From positions 28,396,001 to 28,460,000 of the forward strand of contig CM069131.1 of assembly GCA_035221665.1 (NCBI GenBank): 64,000 bases of DNA, read 5' to 3'. Both the position numbers and the translations under genes were made by a program. This document shows, in pieces, positions 50,796 to 63,797 of the stretch. Source of the stretch: Okamejei kenojei. Its lineage: Eukaryota. Each line of letters begins with the position of its first letter. The first letter of the stretch is position 1. The notes under the pieces are model-generated. The model had not been told where the DNA came from, searched no databases, and was given only the letters and a program-made list of their open reading frames with translations.

Positions 50796-52413
50796 CAGTG
50801 GCTTGCAAAAGATTTCATACCCCTTGAACTTTTCCACATTTTGTCACGTTACAACCACAAACGTCAATGTATTTTATTGGGATTTTATGTGATAGACCAA
50901 CACAAAGTGGTGCATAATTGTGAAGTGGAAGGAAAATGATACATGGTTTCCAAATTTTATTACAAATAAAAAACTGACAAGTGTGGCGTGCAAAAGTATT
51001 CTGCCCCCCCTAGTCAATACTTTGTAGAACCACCATTGTATTTTCGCTGCAATTACAGCTGCAAGTATTTTGGGGGATGTCTCTGCCAGCTTTGCACATC
51101 TAGAGACTGACATTTTTGCCCATTCTTCTTTGCAAAATAGCTCAAGCTCAGTCAGATTGGATGGAGAGCGTCTGTGAACAGCAATTTTCAAGTCTTGCCA
51201 GAGATTCTCAATTGGATGTAGGTCTGGACTTTGACTGGGCCATTCTAACACATGAATATGCTTTGATCTAAACCATTGTAGCTCTGGCTGTATGTTTAAG
51301 GTCGTTGTCCTGCTGGAAGGTGAACCTCCACCCTAGTCTCAAGTCCTTTGCAGACTCTAACAAGTTTTCTTCCAAGATTGCCCTGTATTTGGCTCCATCC
51401 ATCTTCCGATCAACTCTGACCAGCTTCCCTGTCCCTGCTGAAGAAAAGCATCCCCACAGCATGATGCTGCCACCACTATGTTTCAAAGTGGGGATGGTGT
51501 GTTCAGGGTGATGTGCAGTGTTAGTTTTCCGGCACACATAGCATTTTGCATTTAGGCCAAAAACTTCAATTTTGGTCTCATCAGACCAGAGCACCTTCCT
51601 CCACATGTTTGCTGTGTCCCCCACATGGCTTGTGGCAAACTGCAAACGGGACTTCTTATGGCTTTGTTTCAACAATGGCTTTCTTCTTGCCACGCTTCCA
51701 TAAAAGCCTTATTTGTGGAGTGCACGACTAATAGTTGTCCTGTGGACAGATTCTCCCACCTGAGCTGTGGATCTCTGCAGCTCCTCCAGAGTTACCATGG
51801 GCCTCTTGGCTGCTTCTCGGATCAATGCTCTCCTTGCCAGGCCTGTCAGTTTAGGTGGATGGCCATGTCTTGGTAGGTTTGCAGTTGTGCCATACTCTTT
51901 CCATTTTCGGATGATGGATTGAACAGTGTTCCGTGAGATGTTCAAAGCTTGGGATACTTTTTTATAACCTAACCCTGCTTTAAACTTCTCCACAACTTTA
52001 TCCCTGACTGTCTGGTGTGTTCCTTGGGCTTCGTGATGCTGTTTGTTCACTAATGTTCTCTAACAAACCTCTGAGGCCTTCACAGAACAGCTGTATTTGT
52101 ACTGAGATTAGATTACACACAAGTGGACTCTATTTACTAATTAGATGACATCTGAAGGCAATTGGTTGCACTGGATTGTATTTAGGGGTATCAGAGTAAA
52201 GGGGGCTGAATACTTTTGCATTGCACACTTTTCAGTTTTTTATTTGTAAAAAACTTTGAAAACCATGTATCATTTTCCTTCCACTTCACAATTATGCGCC
52301 ACTTTGTGTTGGTCTATCACATAAAATCCTAATAAAATATATTTACGTTTGTGGTAGTAACGTGACAAAATGTGGAAAAGTTCAAGGGGTATGAAAACTT
52401 TTGCAAGCCACTG
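50796..52413 (-). mobile_element. Full-length Tc1 transposon with inactivated transposase
   Basis: TA|CAGTGGCTTGCAAAAG...CTTTTGCAAGCCACTG|TA, ~210-bp TIRs; WSDETK, FQQDND, SPDLHPIENLW (DD34E) split over three ORFs. Confidence 0.95.
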
Positions 52414-54844
52414 TAACTGTTAAACTCTTTAGTGTCCTTATTAATACGTGTTTTTTTTTACTTGTTTGTTTTTTCAGCCCCTATTACTGTCACCATGCTT
52501 TACATCTCACTTCATCTGTGGGTCTCCACTGCTTCCTGCACTGTTTAGAGCCAAAACCGGATTTTTTTATGAAGAAAAATCATTGCAAGCTATCCAGTTG
52601 TGGTTGGATGAATGTCTGATTTTACTTCGGAGTCACGTGAGTGACTACGTGAAGAACCCGCCTGGCGCTGGCAAACGGCATTACGTCGACGCTGACGGCA
52701 GAAGCAGGAGCTGCACAGACAGCTCCTCGACAGCGGTAGGTTCGGACCGGCAGGTAAGTGCAGTGAAAAAATATTAGGACTGGGAAAAAACTCCGTGCCT
52801 GGTGGAAACCAGGGTTTTAAAGGTTTAAATAACAAAATAAAGTTTAAACTGAATTGAAATACTCTGTTTAAACAACGGAGTTTGAATAGAACGTCCCGGG
52901 GAAAGAATACCCAGTGATCAGGACGAGAGATTAATTACGGGGCCGGTTCCGATACTGGTACCGTTTAAAATACCATAGAGAGGTTAAAATGCTCCACAAT
53001 TTTGGCAGGATATTTTAAAAGTCAGAAAGACTGTATTTTAAAAAAGTTAATAAAATTTTGAATATACAAAAGACTAGGGTCACAGTACCCAAACAGTTCC
53101 CCAAAAAAGACCCTGAGGGGCTTGAATATACAAAATATGGCTATGTGCCAAATTGAGAAATAAAAACTCTGACCCTGGATAGGGTGGAGGAAGTCTCTTT
53201 GGATATAATTCCAAGTGGATCGGGGCTGCAAAAGACAGACCCTGCAAGTGGTGATGTGAATTATGAATGCACACCACAAATAAAATAAAAATAAAAGTGA
53301 GGCCAGGTGTGCCTGAGATAGCAAAAGATTTTGCTATATCTAAAGGAAGTGGTGAGGCTATGGAAAAAACCTAGCTGCCTACATTAATTATATGGTACCT
53401 CACCAACTTCAAGAATACGATAAAACTTTTATGTTTTATTTAAATATCAATGGTTAATCCATTTATAAATATCCATGTCTCAAATAATATGAGATATAAG
53501 AAATACAATTTCAAAGTTTCAAAATGGTGCAAATAAGTGATACTTTCAATATAAAATAAATTGCCATTAGTTGTGGAGCTTAATAGGAAGAAATATATAT
53601 AATTTACCGAATCTGCATCATAGGGTTGCAGATTAATACAAATCAGGATATATTAAACTCCTGATTATTATAGAATACCTGCCTTATGATAAATCAAAGA
53701 CATTAATTACAAAAGAACAGACTACTGATCTTTAAACTTTGGGAAGGAAAACTATGATCCAATAAAAAATGTTGATTATGGATCAAAACAAAGACAAAGA
53801 TCTTTTATCTTATGGTGAAAAAACTATGATCCAATGAAAGATTTGATAATGGATCAAAATAAAGGCAGAAGTGGTATTATCCAAACATAGCCTTATCTTA
53901 ACCTATATAATTGGGGAAAAGAAGGCTTGATGTACGTTGAAGAGGTGCAAACATCTGGTTACAAAATAAGTCATGAAATCTCCAATTATGGGGGATTACA
54001 GGTGTATTATGATTGTTAAAACTTAATATAACTAAGGAAGGATTGGTTCACCTGTATAAGGAAAAAACTGATTTCAGGTTTGCACTCAAAAGTAAATTTT
54101 AAAAAAGAAGGGGAACGTACATGTATATTATAAAATTACCTTAGTGTAAAGATTCATGGTATAAACCATACAATAATATCATTATTTACACTTTCACAGT
54201 GTAAGAAAATAGAAACATCTAGAACATGGAAAGCTGTTGTGATTAACAAAGTGTTAATCAATATTACAGGTGCTTGAAATTAATTAAAGTGGGTCAAGCT
54301 GTGCAAGTTAAAACTTGTCCAAACAATCAATCAGTTCAAGTCTGTTAAAACTGAACACTGAAGGAACAATATACTGATAAAAGATCAGCACTTGCACTAA
54401 TGAGGTCATAGTATGGGTTATCTCGATTACATTTAAATTAGAAGAGATAAGAGCAGCTGCAAATTAGTGCCTGCCATTACAAACCTGGTGGAAGGTAGGA
54501 CCTGACCCATTACATAAAGCATATGCTTAGGCATTAATAAAATATTTTTAAATTACTATTCTGAATTCAGAAGTAATTTAAGCACCATAAGAGTGGGGAA
54601 AATTGTTCCATGATACAAATATGTATTATTGTTGTTGACATACTTTGTTCCTCCATTAGGTTAGGGAAAATATAAATAAAGTTCCAAAAGAAGGAATACA
54701 GAAGCTTATAAGAATATGTATGCCTTGTGAAGAGGCTTATGCAAAATATCAAATGATACGTTATCATTATTAGTAATGTAAAAAAAGGTTCATAAGCTGC
54801 TTCAACTATAAAATTACAACTGAAGCAAGGGTTACAGATCATGT

Positions 54845-54924
54845 ACAGCTTCTGTGAATGTTTGGGTAAAGATAAGAATATTATCTATTCTTATAACAAT
54901 AATTGATATGTCTTTTGTTCGGAC
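54845..54924 (+). ncRNA. RNU2: More decayed U2-derived fragment at the same RNase H position
   Basis: ACAGCTTCT..TTTGGGTAAAGATAAG..TATCTATTCTTAT..TTGATATGTC..GGAC, homologous to 15433-15518. Confidence 0.65.
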
Positions 54925-56192
54925 TGCAGACAATTATACCAGGCGAACATAAATGGTTTGTCCTAAGAAATTTTCCAAACATTCGTATTAATTGTTGAAG
55001 TATAAGGAGTTATGGATTAAAAAGATCGATTGTTTTATTATGGAACTGTCCATGTCGTATCAAGATGAAACAATACCACGGCTGTGACATATGTTAACTA
55101 TGGTCAAATTTGGGAGGAAAATATATTGTCATTATTTTGCATACTTACGATTAATCTGGTTGTATACAGATTAAATCACTGATTTTTAAATATTTCTTGT
55201 GGGTCACAAGATAAGTCAAATAACAATTATGGGATTATCTAAGTAAAACAGATGTGGCATGTTTTAAAGTTTAGTCCCACCTGTTTATCTCTAAGGAAGA
55301 GACAATGGTATCGGAAGATAACAAATTTGGGAAGAAAAACATATTGTCATTAATATGGATTATTTACGATTAATCTGATTGCATACAGATTAAATCACCG
55401 ATCTTTCGAATATTCTTGTGGGTAATCTAAGAACAGTGAAGGTGGATGCTTTTCTCCCAATTACATGAGGAAAAGATTTCTTTGTGTTCCTCATTTTTGT
55501 TTAATAGGGCAGTGTCTGATGAATATGTAGCGGGACACTGCCAGAGGCATTTTGGTGGCCTAATATGGGTCCTTTATGGTTTCATTTATATTGTGTGATT
55601 TTGAACTGCTAGTGATGATTCATAGTGGCAGCAATTTATTGAAGTCAAAAAAGGGGTCTCGACCTAGGTCGTTGCCTGTCTCCCTTTGCTCTTTGGATGC
55701 TGCTGCACCCACTGGGATCTCCAGGTTGAGAAACCCTGCAGTAATTTATTGTTGTACAAAAAACCTCCATAAGTGAAAATATGAATTTGACTATCTACAG
55801 GTTGACCAGACCATCTCAACAGCTGATGGTCAAAGAAGTCTATGAATGTAAACCAATATTACAATATATCAATAAAATAATTATGTATAAAGAAGTGTTA
55901 TACCTGCAATTTGCGGAAATAAGTCTAAATAACTATATTTTGTTATAAGAAATTGGAGGTCTGTATATACAGTAAGTTATTTTGTCATTTAGATATATGT
56001 GAATTCCTTGTGGATTGCATTTTCTAAGTATCTAATTGATAGAGCCAATAATAGGGCTCAGAGTGTTACCGTCTTATAAACGGACAATATATTAACCAAG
56101 AAGTTATCAGATGCATTCATAATATCCCATTATGGAAAGGGATATATATGTAAATGTTAATAAATATATATATATATGTGTGTGTGTGTATA

Positions 56193-56223
<31 letters not shown>

Positions 56224-57122
56224 AGATATGTGTATATGTATATATAATCTGTCCAAAATTGTAAAAAATATAAAGGCAGGAGATAAAAATCTTGAAATGC
56301 CTTAAGAAATGGACTTTAACTCTATCTATGATTCAAAAAACTTAAACATTGAAAATAATAATTCTGATAACTTTAGTATCAATATAAGAGTGCAAACATT
56401 GCAAATGTTACGTTATAATGGCATGTGGATACAAATTGCATTATCATATATGTTTATGAATCTACCAAACAAAGCACACCAAGAAGACCTGAAAACGAAA
56501 CCAAGGTAAACCTATAAGCATATCCTGCTGGCTTTAAGTTGTGTGTGTGTGTGTGTGTGTGTGTGTGAACATTGATGAAAATGTTGCAGTAGGTAAGAGT
56601 CTGTGGCAATGAGACTGCTTATTACACACAAAAACCACAGTGGGTTCAGTAAAACTGATGGTTATAGAGGAATGTATTTCTAGATGGTTAAAAAATTGGA
56701 TACATTCAGTAGGAACTAGACACTGAAAGGTGGAAAATCACTCTGTTAATGAGGAAAATACATTCACAAGAATGGCACAGGATGAGCCACTCAAGCAAAG
56801 ATGCAAGGCCGCAGGAGGCTGTAGATTACTGTTAAAATAAAGGAACCAGTCATGGTGTCAGATTTAGACACGCAATGTTCGGTTCGCTATAATTGTTGCT
56901 TTGTCATGCCATAAAAAATATATATATCTATTGGTATTTGTGATAAATTTGCTTTTCAATGGAAAGGGCATTATTTTCATTTTTTATAATGTGAAAATTA
57001 TTTATCACATAACTTGAGGCAATGTTTGGGGGAAAATGTGTTATTCGCTCGTTATTGTTTAATGAGCCGTTCTGTCGTATGGAATAAATTCTACGACACG
57101 AAAAACACAGAAAGCTTTAAAC

Positions 57123-57236
57123 TCTTCACGTAGTCACTCACGTGACTCCGAAGTAAAATAGTAAGATTAAACGAGAACTTACCAGTTCGAAGTTTGATCG
57201 TTTATTTTATGAGGAGTTACGATGAGGGATTACGTG
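57123..57236. repeat. DIRS internal complementary region (ICR)
   Basis: TCTTCACGTAGTCACTCACGTGACTCCGAAGTAAAA is the reverse complement of the left end, fused to TAGTAAGATTAAACGAGAACTT..., the reverse complement of the right end. Confidence 0.92.
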
Positions 57237-57702
57237 CCCTCCACTCCCCACCCTCATAAAATAAATGATCATCTGGTAGTTCTAAGTCTATTATGAGCCT
57301 TACTATGTTACTTCGGCTATTTTGTGTTCTGTGTTTTTCATGCCGCTGCTTTGAAGTATGCCGTTTGCCAGCGCCAGGCGGGTTCTTCATGTAATCCCTC
57401 ATCGTAACTCCTCATAAAATAACGATCAAACTTCATAAAAGTTCTCGTTTAATCTTACTAATTTATTTCAGTTGCGTTCTTGATTTTTTAAACTCCCCAA
57501 TCAAAGGCAGTAGATCCAGCATCTGGTTTCTGTCTGAAGCTACGTCTTAACATGGAACCGAAAATAATATGAAGCTAATTAAAGGAACAAATTCAAAAAA
57601 CAGGCGAAATACTTTGGTCTTTCATTTTGTTTGAGCACTCTGATCAGACTAAGTGGAGAGCCACAAGACAAAAGGAAGATCATAGAAGGTGAAGCTCCAG
57701 TT

Positions 57703-60700
57703 ATGAAGAACAAACAAATGCTGAAGCCTTTTGCAGCAATTCTGCTTTTCACAATTCTTGCAACAGGTGCGGTGTTTAATTATTACATTTTTCATTGTGC
57801 AATGTGATAATGTGATTAGTAAATATTTCCTGTTTTCTTAGCAATAGAAACCTTAAAAGTACAAAAACAAAATAATAATGAAGAAATATTCTTCCTAAAT
57901 AATGAGAAATAACAACAATGAGCTGATTGTTTGTGGAGACATTGGTACAAGCATGTGCAGAAATCATTGATTAGACTTGTTGTAATTGATTTGTGGACAG
58001 TACTACTATTAGAGCTGGTAGAGCTGCTGCCTCACAACACCAGAGGCCCGGGTTCGATCCTGACCTTGGGTGCTGTCTGTGTGGTGTTTGCACGTTCTTT
58101 CTGTAATCGCTCGGATTTCCTCTCGGTGTTCTGGTTTTCCCCCACATTCCACAGACGTGCAGGTTTGTAGGTTAATTCTTTGTCTCCATTTAGTTATTTA
58201 AGCAAAGTGTCATAACAGGTCCTAAAGCATTCCATATTGATATCCATACCCAAGCTGATAGGCCACTGCTAAATTTGGTCCGCCTTGAGGATTAATTAAG
58301 ACTTTTTGAAATAAATAAAACAAAAATAAACAAAAAAACTTAATGAAAATATTTAAAATTCAAGTAAAATGCAATTGTTGAATATAAATGTATGAATAAA
58401 TGGTCAGATTCACAAAAATGCTTACAAATTTTAAAATCACATACAAAGCAAATTAAAAAATGAAGTTCTGTTTCTTAAAACTCTACTATATTTCAAAGAC
58501 TCCAAAATACGTTATTTCATGATTTAATTCAAATTGTAAAATAATTGATATAATTTTTCAGAGCACTGCTATCACCACATTATTTTAGATGGGATAAACC
58601 AGATAACCACAAATCCGTCAGCTTAGATAATGTAGAGCGGCACAGTGGCACAGTCTCTTTGTTTGTGATGAATGTTTATGGCAAGTTGGTGTCACTGGGA
58701 AGCCCAGCACTCATGTCCATTTGGATATCGTGTCCATTTCCATGTCCATTTGGATATCATGTAAAATCTCCACATTCATACTTGCTAACTTGCTAGGTAG
58801 CAATGTTGGTTGTGATGAGGATGCAGAGGCTTCAGGAAAACAGACAAGAACTGATTGTGGCAACATGTACATTTGTACACTTTGGGGGTAGAAAAAATTG
58901 AAAGCCAGAGTCTTTTTAAGTAATTAAAGATTGAACGATGTAATAGAGGACTCTGAGTGTCCATTTACATGAATTATTAAAATATAGCATGCAGGCACAA
59001 CAAGAAATGAGTTATGTTGGCTTTTATTGCAAGAGGACTAGAGTACAAAAATACAAATGGCTTAAAACAATTATCTAGGCTTCCTGAGGCTGTACAGACC
59101 TGCCTAATTTAGGAAGGGTAGATTCGCCATACAGAAAATGCAACAATGGTTCACCAAGCTGATTCTAATGAGAGAGGTTGTGTTGTACGAGGTTTGATTA
59201 AACAGATTGGGACCAGGCTCTCTTACATCAATCTCTTAGATTAATGAGAATAAGAGGTGATCTCACTGAAATATATGAGATCTTTATGAGACTTAACAGG
59301 ATAGATTTAGGGATTGTTTCCCTTGACTGGGGAGGCTAAAATCATTCAGGTATCAGATGACAAAAAAATCACCGCGAAGATAATAAATGTTAGGAATTCT
59401 CTATCCAAGGAATCTGTGGAAGAGAGTCACAGAGAGCAATAGATTTCTAGATATGAAGGGAATGAGCTTGGTACAAGAAAACAATGTTGAGGGGAAAGAA
59501 CCGCAATGATCTTAACGAACAACAGAGGCACAAGGGTGCGTAAGGCAACCTTTTTACTTTTTCCTATGTCCTTAACATTTTAATAAACATTTTCTCTTTC
59601 AGAGGATCTTTAAATGGTTTTACTCATGGGTCATATAGAGCAATTTACCATTTATAACGAAGACTTGAATAAAGTTATTATTTTCTGAATAAACCGAGGT
59701 ATATTATTTTGCACAGTGACACCTGCTATGTGGTAGACCGTTCTGATATCTGTAATAAATGTCACAAAAAATAATTTCTCATTAAACTACGCTGATGAGG
59801 TCTGGGCATTCAGGGATGGTGTTTACAATCATCTAGAATTCTGCTCATCAAATTTTCCTTTCCAAACGTCTATTCTTGCCAGCCAGTGCCAACCCCAGCG
59901 CACCAATATCCTTTTATTAAAGACCATCGATCCTTTGTATTTTGCTCTTATTAACAATAATTTTAGAACATGCAGTTGATAAGCAGAACTGTCTTAACTG
60001 TATATAGACAACAAAGTGCTGGGGTAACTTAGTGGGTCAGGCAGCATCTCTGGAGAAAAAGGACGTGTGGCTTTTCGGGTTGGGGCCCTTTTTCAGACTG
60101 TTGTTTCAGTCTGAAGAAGGGTCCCGACCCGAAGCGTCACCTATCCTATTTCACCAGAAATGCTGCCTGACCCACTAAGTTACTCCAGCACTTTGTGTCT
60201 ATCTTTGGTATAAACCAATGCCTGCAGTTCTTTGTTTCTATATCTTATCTTTACATTCATAGTTTTTTCTGTACTTGCAAGCCAATGAACAGATACATTC
60301 AATTTGCACCTGGATTTGCTGGATATTATAACTTCCACACTTATAATAAGTGCTACTGATTCAGAAAGCTAATAACCACATCTATTTTCTTACAGCTGAT
60401 GCTGAAAGCCACCTTCTAGTTAAATCACAATGTAAATGCATGACTGTCACATCCAAAACAGTTGTTTCTGTATTGCCTAATGGTGGACGCGTGGAGCAGC
60501 TCATGAGAGATATACACATTATGTAAGTAAATGCATTATCATATGTGAATGTATCCACATGGTTGAAAACATGAAAAGACTAATTATTGGAGACTGTAGG
60601 CAATTATGTGCTGTGGTTCATTGAATCGTTATCACAAAAAGGAGGCAATCAATACATCAGTCAGACTCAGACCATAACACAACCCCTACCAACCATTCTG

Positions 60701-62710
60701 GTTCCTTGCTTGAGTTATTTCCTGCTTGCTCTATATTCCCCGAAGGCCCTCTGCCTTATACAAATTTAGTACTTTTGCCCCTTGGTCCCGATATTTCCTT
60801 CTTCATTACTATCTTAAAACATATGATCACAGTTCCTAAAATGTTCTTCCACAGAAACACCATTCACCTGGTCAGGCTCATTTCCCAATACAGGTCCAGT
60901 ATGGTCCCTCCACTAGTTGAACAATCCACAAATTGGTTCAAGAAACGCTTTTGGATACATAGAAACATAGAAATTAGGTGCAGGAGTAGGCCATTCGGCC
61001 CTTCGAGCCAGCACCGCCATTCAATATGATCATGGCTGATCATCCAACTCAGTATCCTGTACCTGCCTTCTCTCCATACCCCCTGATCCCTTCAGCCACA
61101 AGGGCCACATCCAACTCCCTCTTAAATATGGCCAGCGAACTGGCCTCAACTACCTTCTGTGGCAGAGAATTCCACAGATTCACCACTCTCTGTGTGAAAA
61201 ACGATTTTCTCATCTCGGTCCTAAAAGACTTCCCCCTTATCCTTAAACTGTGACCCCTTGTCCTGGACATCCCCAACATCGGGAACAATCTTCCTGCATC
61301 TAGCCTGTCCAACCCCTTAAGAATTTTGTAAGTCTCTATGAGATCACCCCTCAATCTTCTAAATTCCAGCGAGTACAAGCCAAGTAAGTCTATCCAGTCT
61401 TTCTTCATATGGAAGTCGTGCCATCCCAGGAATCAGTCTGGTGAACCTTCTCTGTACTCCCTCTATGGCAAGAATGTCTTTCCTCAGATTAGGAGACCAA
61501 AACTGTACGCAGGTTAGGAGACCAAAACTATACACCTTACAAATTCTGCCCTATCCTAATCTTTTGCACTAAGGAAATCCCAGTCAATATTGGGGAAGTT
61601 AAAGTCACTCATTATAACAACCCCATTCCTATTGACACTTCCCATAGTCTGTCTACATATCTGTTCCTTTATCTCCTGTTGGCTATTGCGAGGGCTATAG
61701 TATAATTATACAATTATACAATACATTTATTGTCATTTGAACCTCAAGTATGAAGTTCAAATGAAATTTGGTTTCTGCAGTCATACAAGAAAACAACTAA
61801 GACACACAACCAACACAATTTACACAAACATCCATCACGGTGAATCTCCTCCTCACTGTGATGGAAGGCAAAGTCTTGTCTCTTCTCCCGATGTTAAAGT
61901 CCCGGCAGGCGATGGCAAGTCCCACGGCTGTTAAGGCCGCACCAGGCAATGTAAGGCCCCACTCCGGGTCTTAATGTTAATGTTGGAGCCTCCGGCGGGC
62001 GATGGCAAGTCCCGCGGCCGTTAAAGCCGTGCTGGGCGATGTAATGCACTGGGTCATTTTCAACCCCGCAACTCGGGCGGGAGAAGCTGCCGTTGCGGGA
62101 GCTCCGAAAAGTGGTCTCCCACCAGGGACCTGCGAGCTCCCGATGCCACCGTCCACCGGACCTGTGGCTGGAGCCTCCGAGGTCCAGAGTCGGGTCACAG
62201 CCGCGCGCCACCACAGCTCTCCACGCTCCGAAGCCGGCCAGCCCCATGATGGTAAGTCCATGGGCTCCGCGACTGAAGCCCCCAGGTCGTTCCGGTTGGA
62301 GGCCGCTCCACGGTGCTAGGCCCCAACGACAACTTGGTGAGGTTTGTTACTTAACGGGTACAATCATTATGCAGGATGCCCTTTTTTTCTATTGCTACAG
62401 TAAATTACTACTTGGCCATAGGCAATAATCTTCCAATGATTATTTTAATTCATGACTTTCTTCCTTTAATTACTGATATTGCCTACCCACATCAACAATC
62501 ATGTGGTTGGACAATCACAGCTGTCCATGCTGTCAGCTGAAAGCTGTCCATGTGCAGAATGACTTAATGGCATTTGGCTGCCAATTTCTGGTAATGTTAA
62601 AATGGGTCGTAATTGTTCTTTTATTGCAGCGTTCCCACGAGGAGCAGAGAGAACATTTCAGATCCAACCTCCCCTCTTCGGAACAAGTTTGTCTACAAAA
62701 TTTCAGATTT
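57703..62710 (+). CDS. Atypical CXC chemokine-like gene or young pseudogene; exons 57703-57766, 60396-60522, 62630-62710 (exon 4 not found; read-through stop at 62750)
   Basis: MKNKQMLKPFAAILLFTILAT-ADAESHLLVKSQCKCMTVTSKTVVSVLPNGGRVEQLMRDIHI-IVPTRSRENISDPTSPLRNKFVYKISD; exons of 64/127/81 nt in phases 1/2/2 with GT-AG sites, as in CXC genes. Confidence 0.65.
58012..58176 (+). mobile_element. V-SINE 5' portion (another decayed copy ~63224-63490; 3' portion 44842-45012)
   Basis: GGTAGAGCTGCTGCCTCACA..GGTTCGATCC B-box..CCCACATTCC..GTTTGTAGGTTAATT. Confidence 0.8.
58790..59570 (+). mobile_element. Old CR1-like LINE 3' relic
   Basis: LAFIARGLEYK-, QWFTKLI- and RIRGDL-like motifs, decayed. Confidence 0.6.
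60007..60240. repeat. Palindromic dimer of the Penelope terminal repeat (similar at ~47668-47830; single arms ~46830-46915, 55645-55745, 62770-62885, 63735-63797)
   Basis: Inverted arms meet at CAGACTG..CAGTCTGAAGAAGGGTCCCGACCCGAAG. Confidence 0.8.
60957..61512 (-). mobile_element. Young CR1/HER1-like 3' fragment in intron 2, nested in an older CR1 relic
   Basis: LGLYSLEFRRLRGDLIETYKILKGLDRLDAGRLFP..; CATAGAAA tail. Confidence 0.92.
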
Positions 62711-63797
62711 GTATGATTTATATTTTTATCGCTTTTTTTGCAATATATAATTAGAGCAGGTGTTTATGAAAGAACTCCAGATGCTGGAAAAATCGAAGGT
62801 AGACAAAAATGCTGGAGAAACTCAGCGGGTGAGGCAGCATCTATGGAAAGAAGGAATAGGCGACGTTTCAGGTCGAGACCCTTCTAATTAGTGCAGGTTT
62901 CAGAACACAGCCCACACCTGGCATCTGCTATTCAAATTTTAATATGTGGTGTAATTCAGAACAAAAAAAATAAAGAGGGAGAAGATTGGATTTTTTGCCT
63001 TCCATCACAGTGAGTAATGTGGGGAATCCACTGTGGTGGATGTTTATGTTAACTTTTATGTATTTGTGTGTCTCGTTGCTTTTTATTTTCATGTGGCCAT
63101 GTGGTAATTCACATACCACTTTGGTACACGTGACAATAAAAGACCGTTGAAACGTTTGTGCTACAATCAGGCCTCCTTGAGCCATTTCTGAATATTCAGT
63201 AACAACTGAATAACTCAGGCTGAACGGTGGTGTCATTAGTAGAGCTGCTGTCTTCTGCTCCTGTGATCCTAGATCCAGACCTCGGGTGCTGTTTCATGGA
63301 GTTTGTACTATTTCTCTGTGACTATGTGGGATCCTGAGTATTCTGGTTTCCTCCATGTTTATAAATCATGAAGGTTGGCGGGTTACCAGGCCATTCTCTA
63401 TTACCGCTAATGTGTAGACGAGTGGTAGAATCTGAGGAAGCGTTAATAGTGAATGTGGGGAGAATAAAATGAATTACTGTTAAATAATTAGGATTTGTGT
63501 CAAAATGGATGCTTGATGTTTGCTGCTGACCTGGTGAGCCAAAAGACCTACCTCCCTGCTGTTTTTCAATATGACTCCATCATTGTATGAAAGCTTCAGT
63601 TCGACATTTTCGCAAAAAGGAGACCTAACGATATATTCAGAATGCTGTGTTTTGGTTTTTAATATTGCCAGAAGAACCATCTTCTCAGATACGTGAATGG
63701 GTAAAATAGTCAAAACAACTGAAGAAATCAGCAGAAAAATACACAAAATGCAGGAGTAACTCAGTGGGTCAGGCAGCATCTCTGGAGAACATGGATA

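Larger units (their letters stand above)
52619..57460 (+). mobile_element. Complete-length, coding-dead DIRS1-type retrotransposon
   Basis: Left ITR 52619-52681; right ITR plus extension ~57358-57460; ICR 57123-57236 complementary to both ends; decayed RT/RNase H/MT/YR relics colinear with copies A and B. Confidence 0.92.

Noticed and set aside
59603-59698. Candidate extra exon (good acceptor and donor) in intron 1 of gene 2
   Set aside because: Stop codons in all three frames
61894-62428. Overlapping GC-rich ORFs (also 44152-44658)
   Set aside because: Part of a dispersed GC-rich repeat with no recognisable domain
62501-62716. Frame containing QVCLQN as chemokine exon 3
   Set aside because: It needs a phase-0 acceptor, but exon 2 ends in phase 2, and the Cys spacing does not fit
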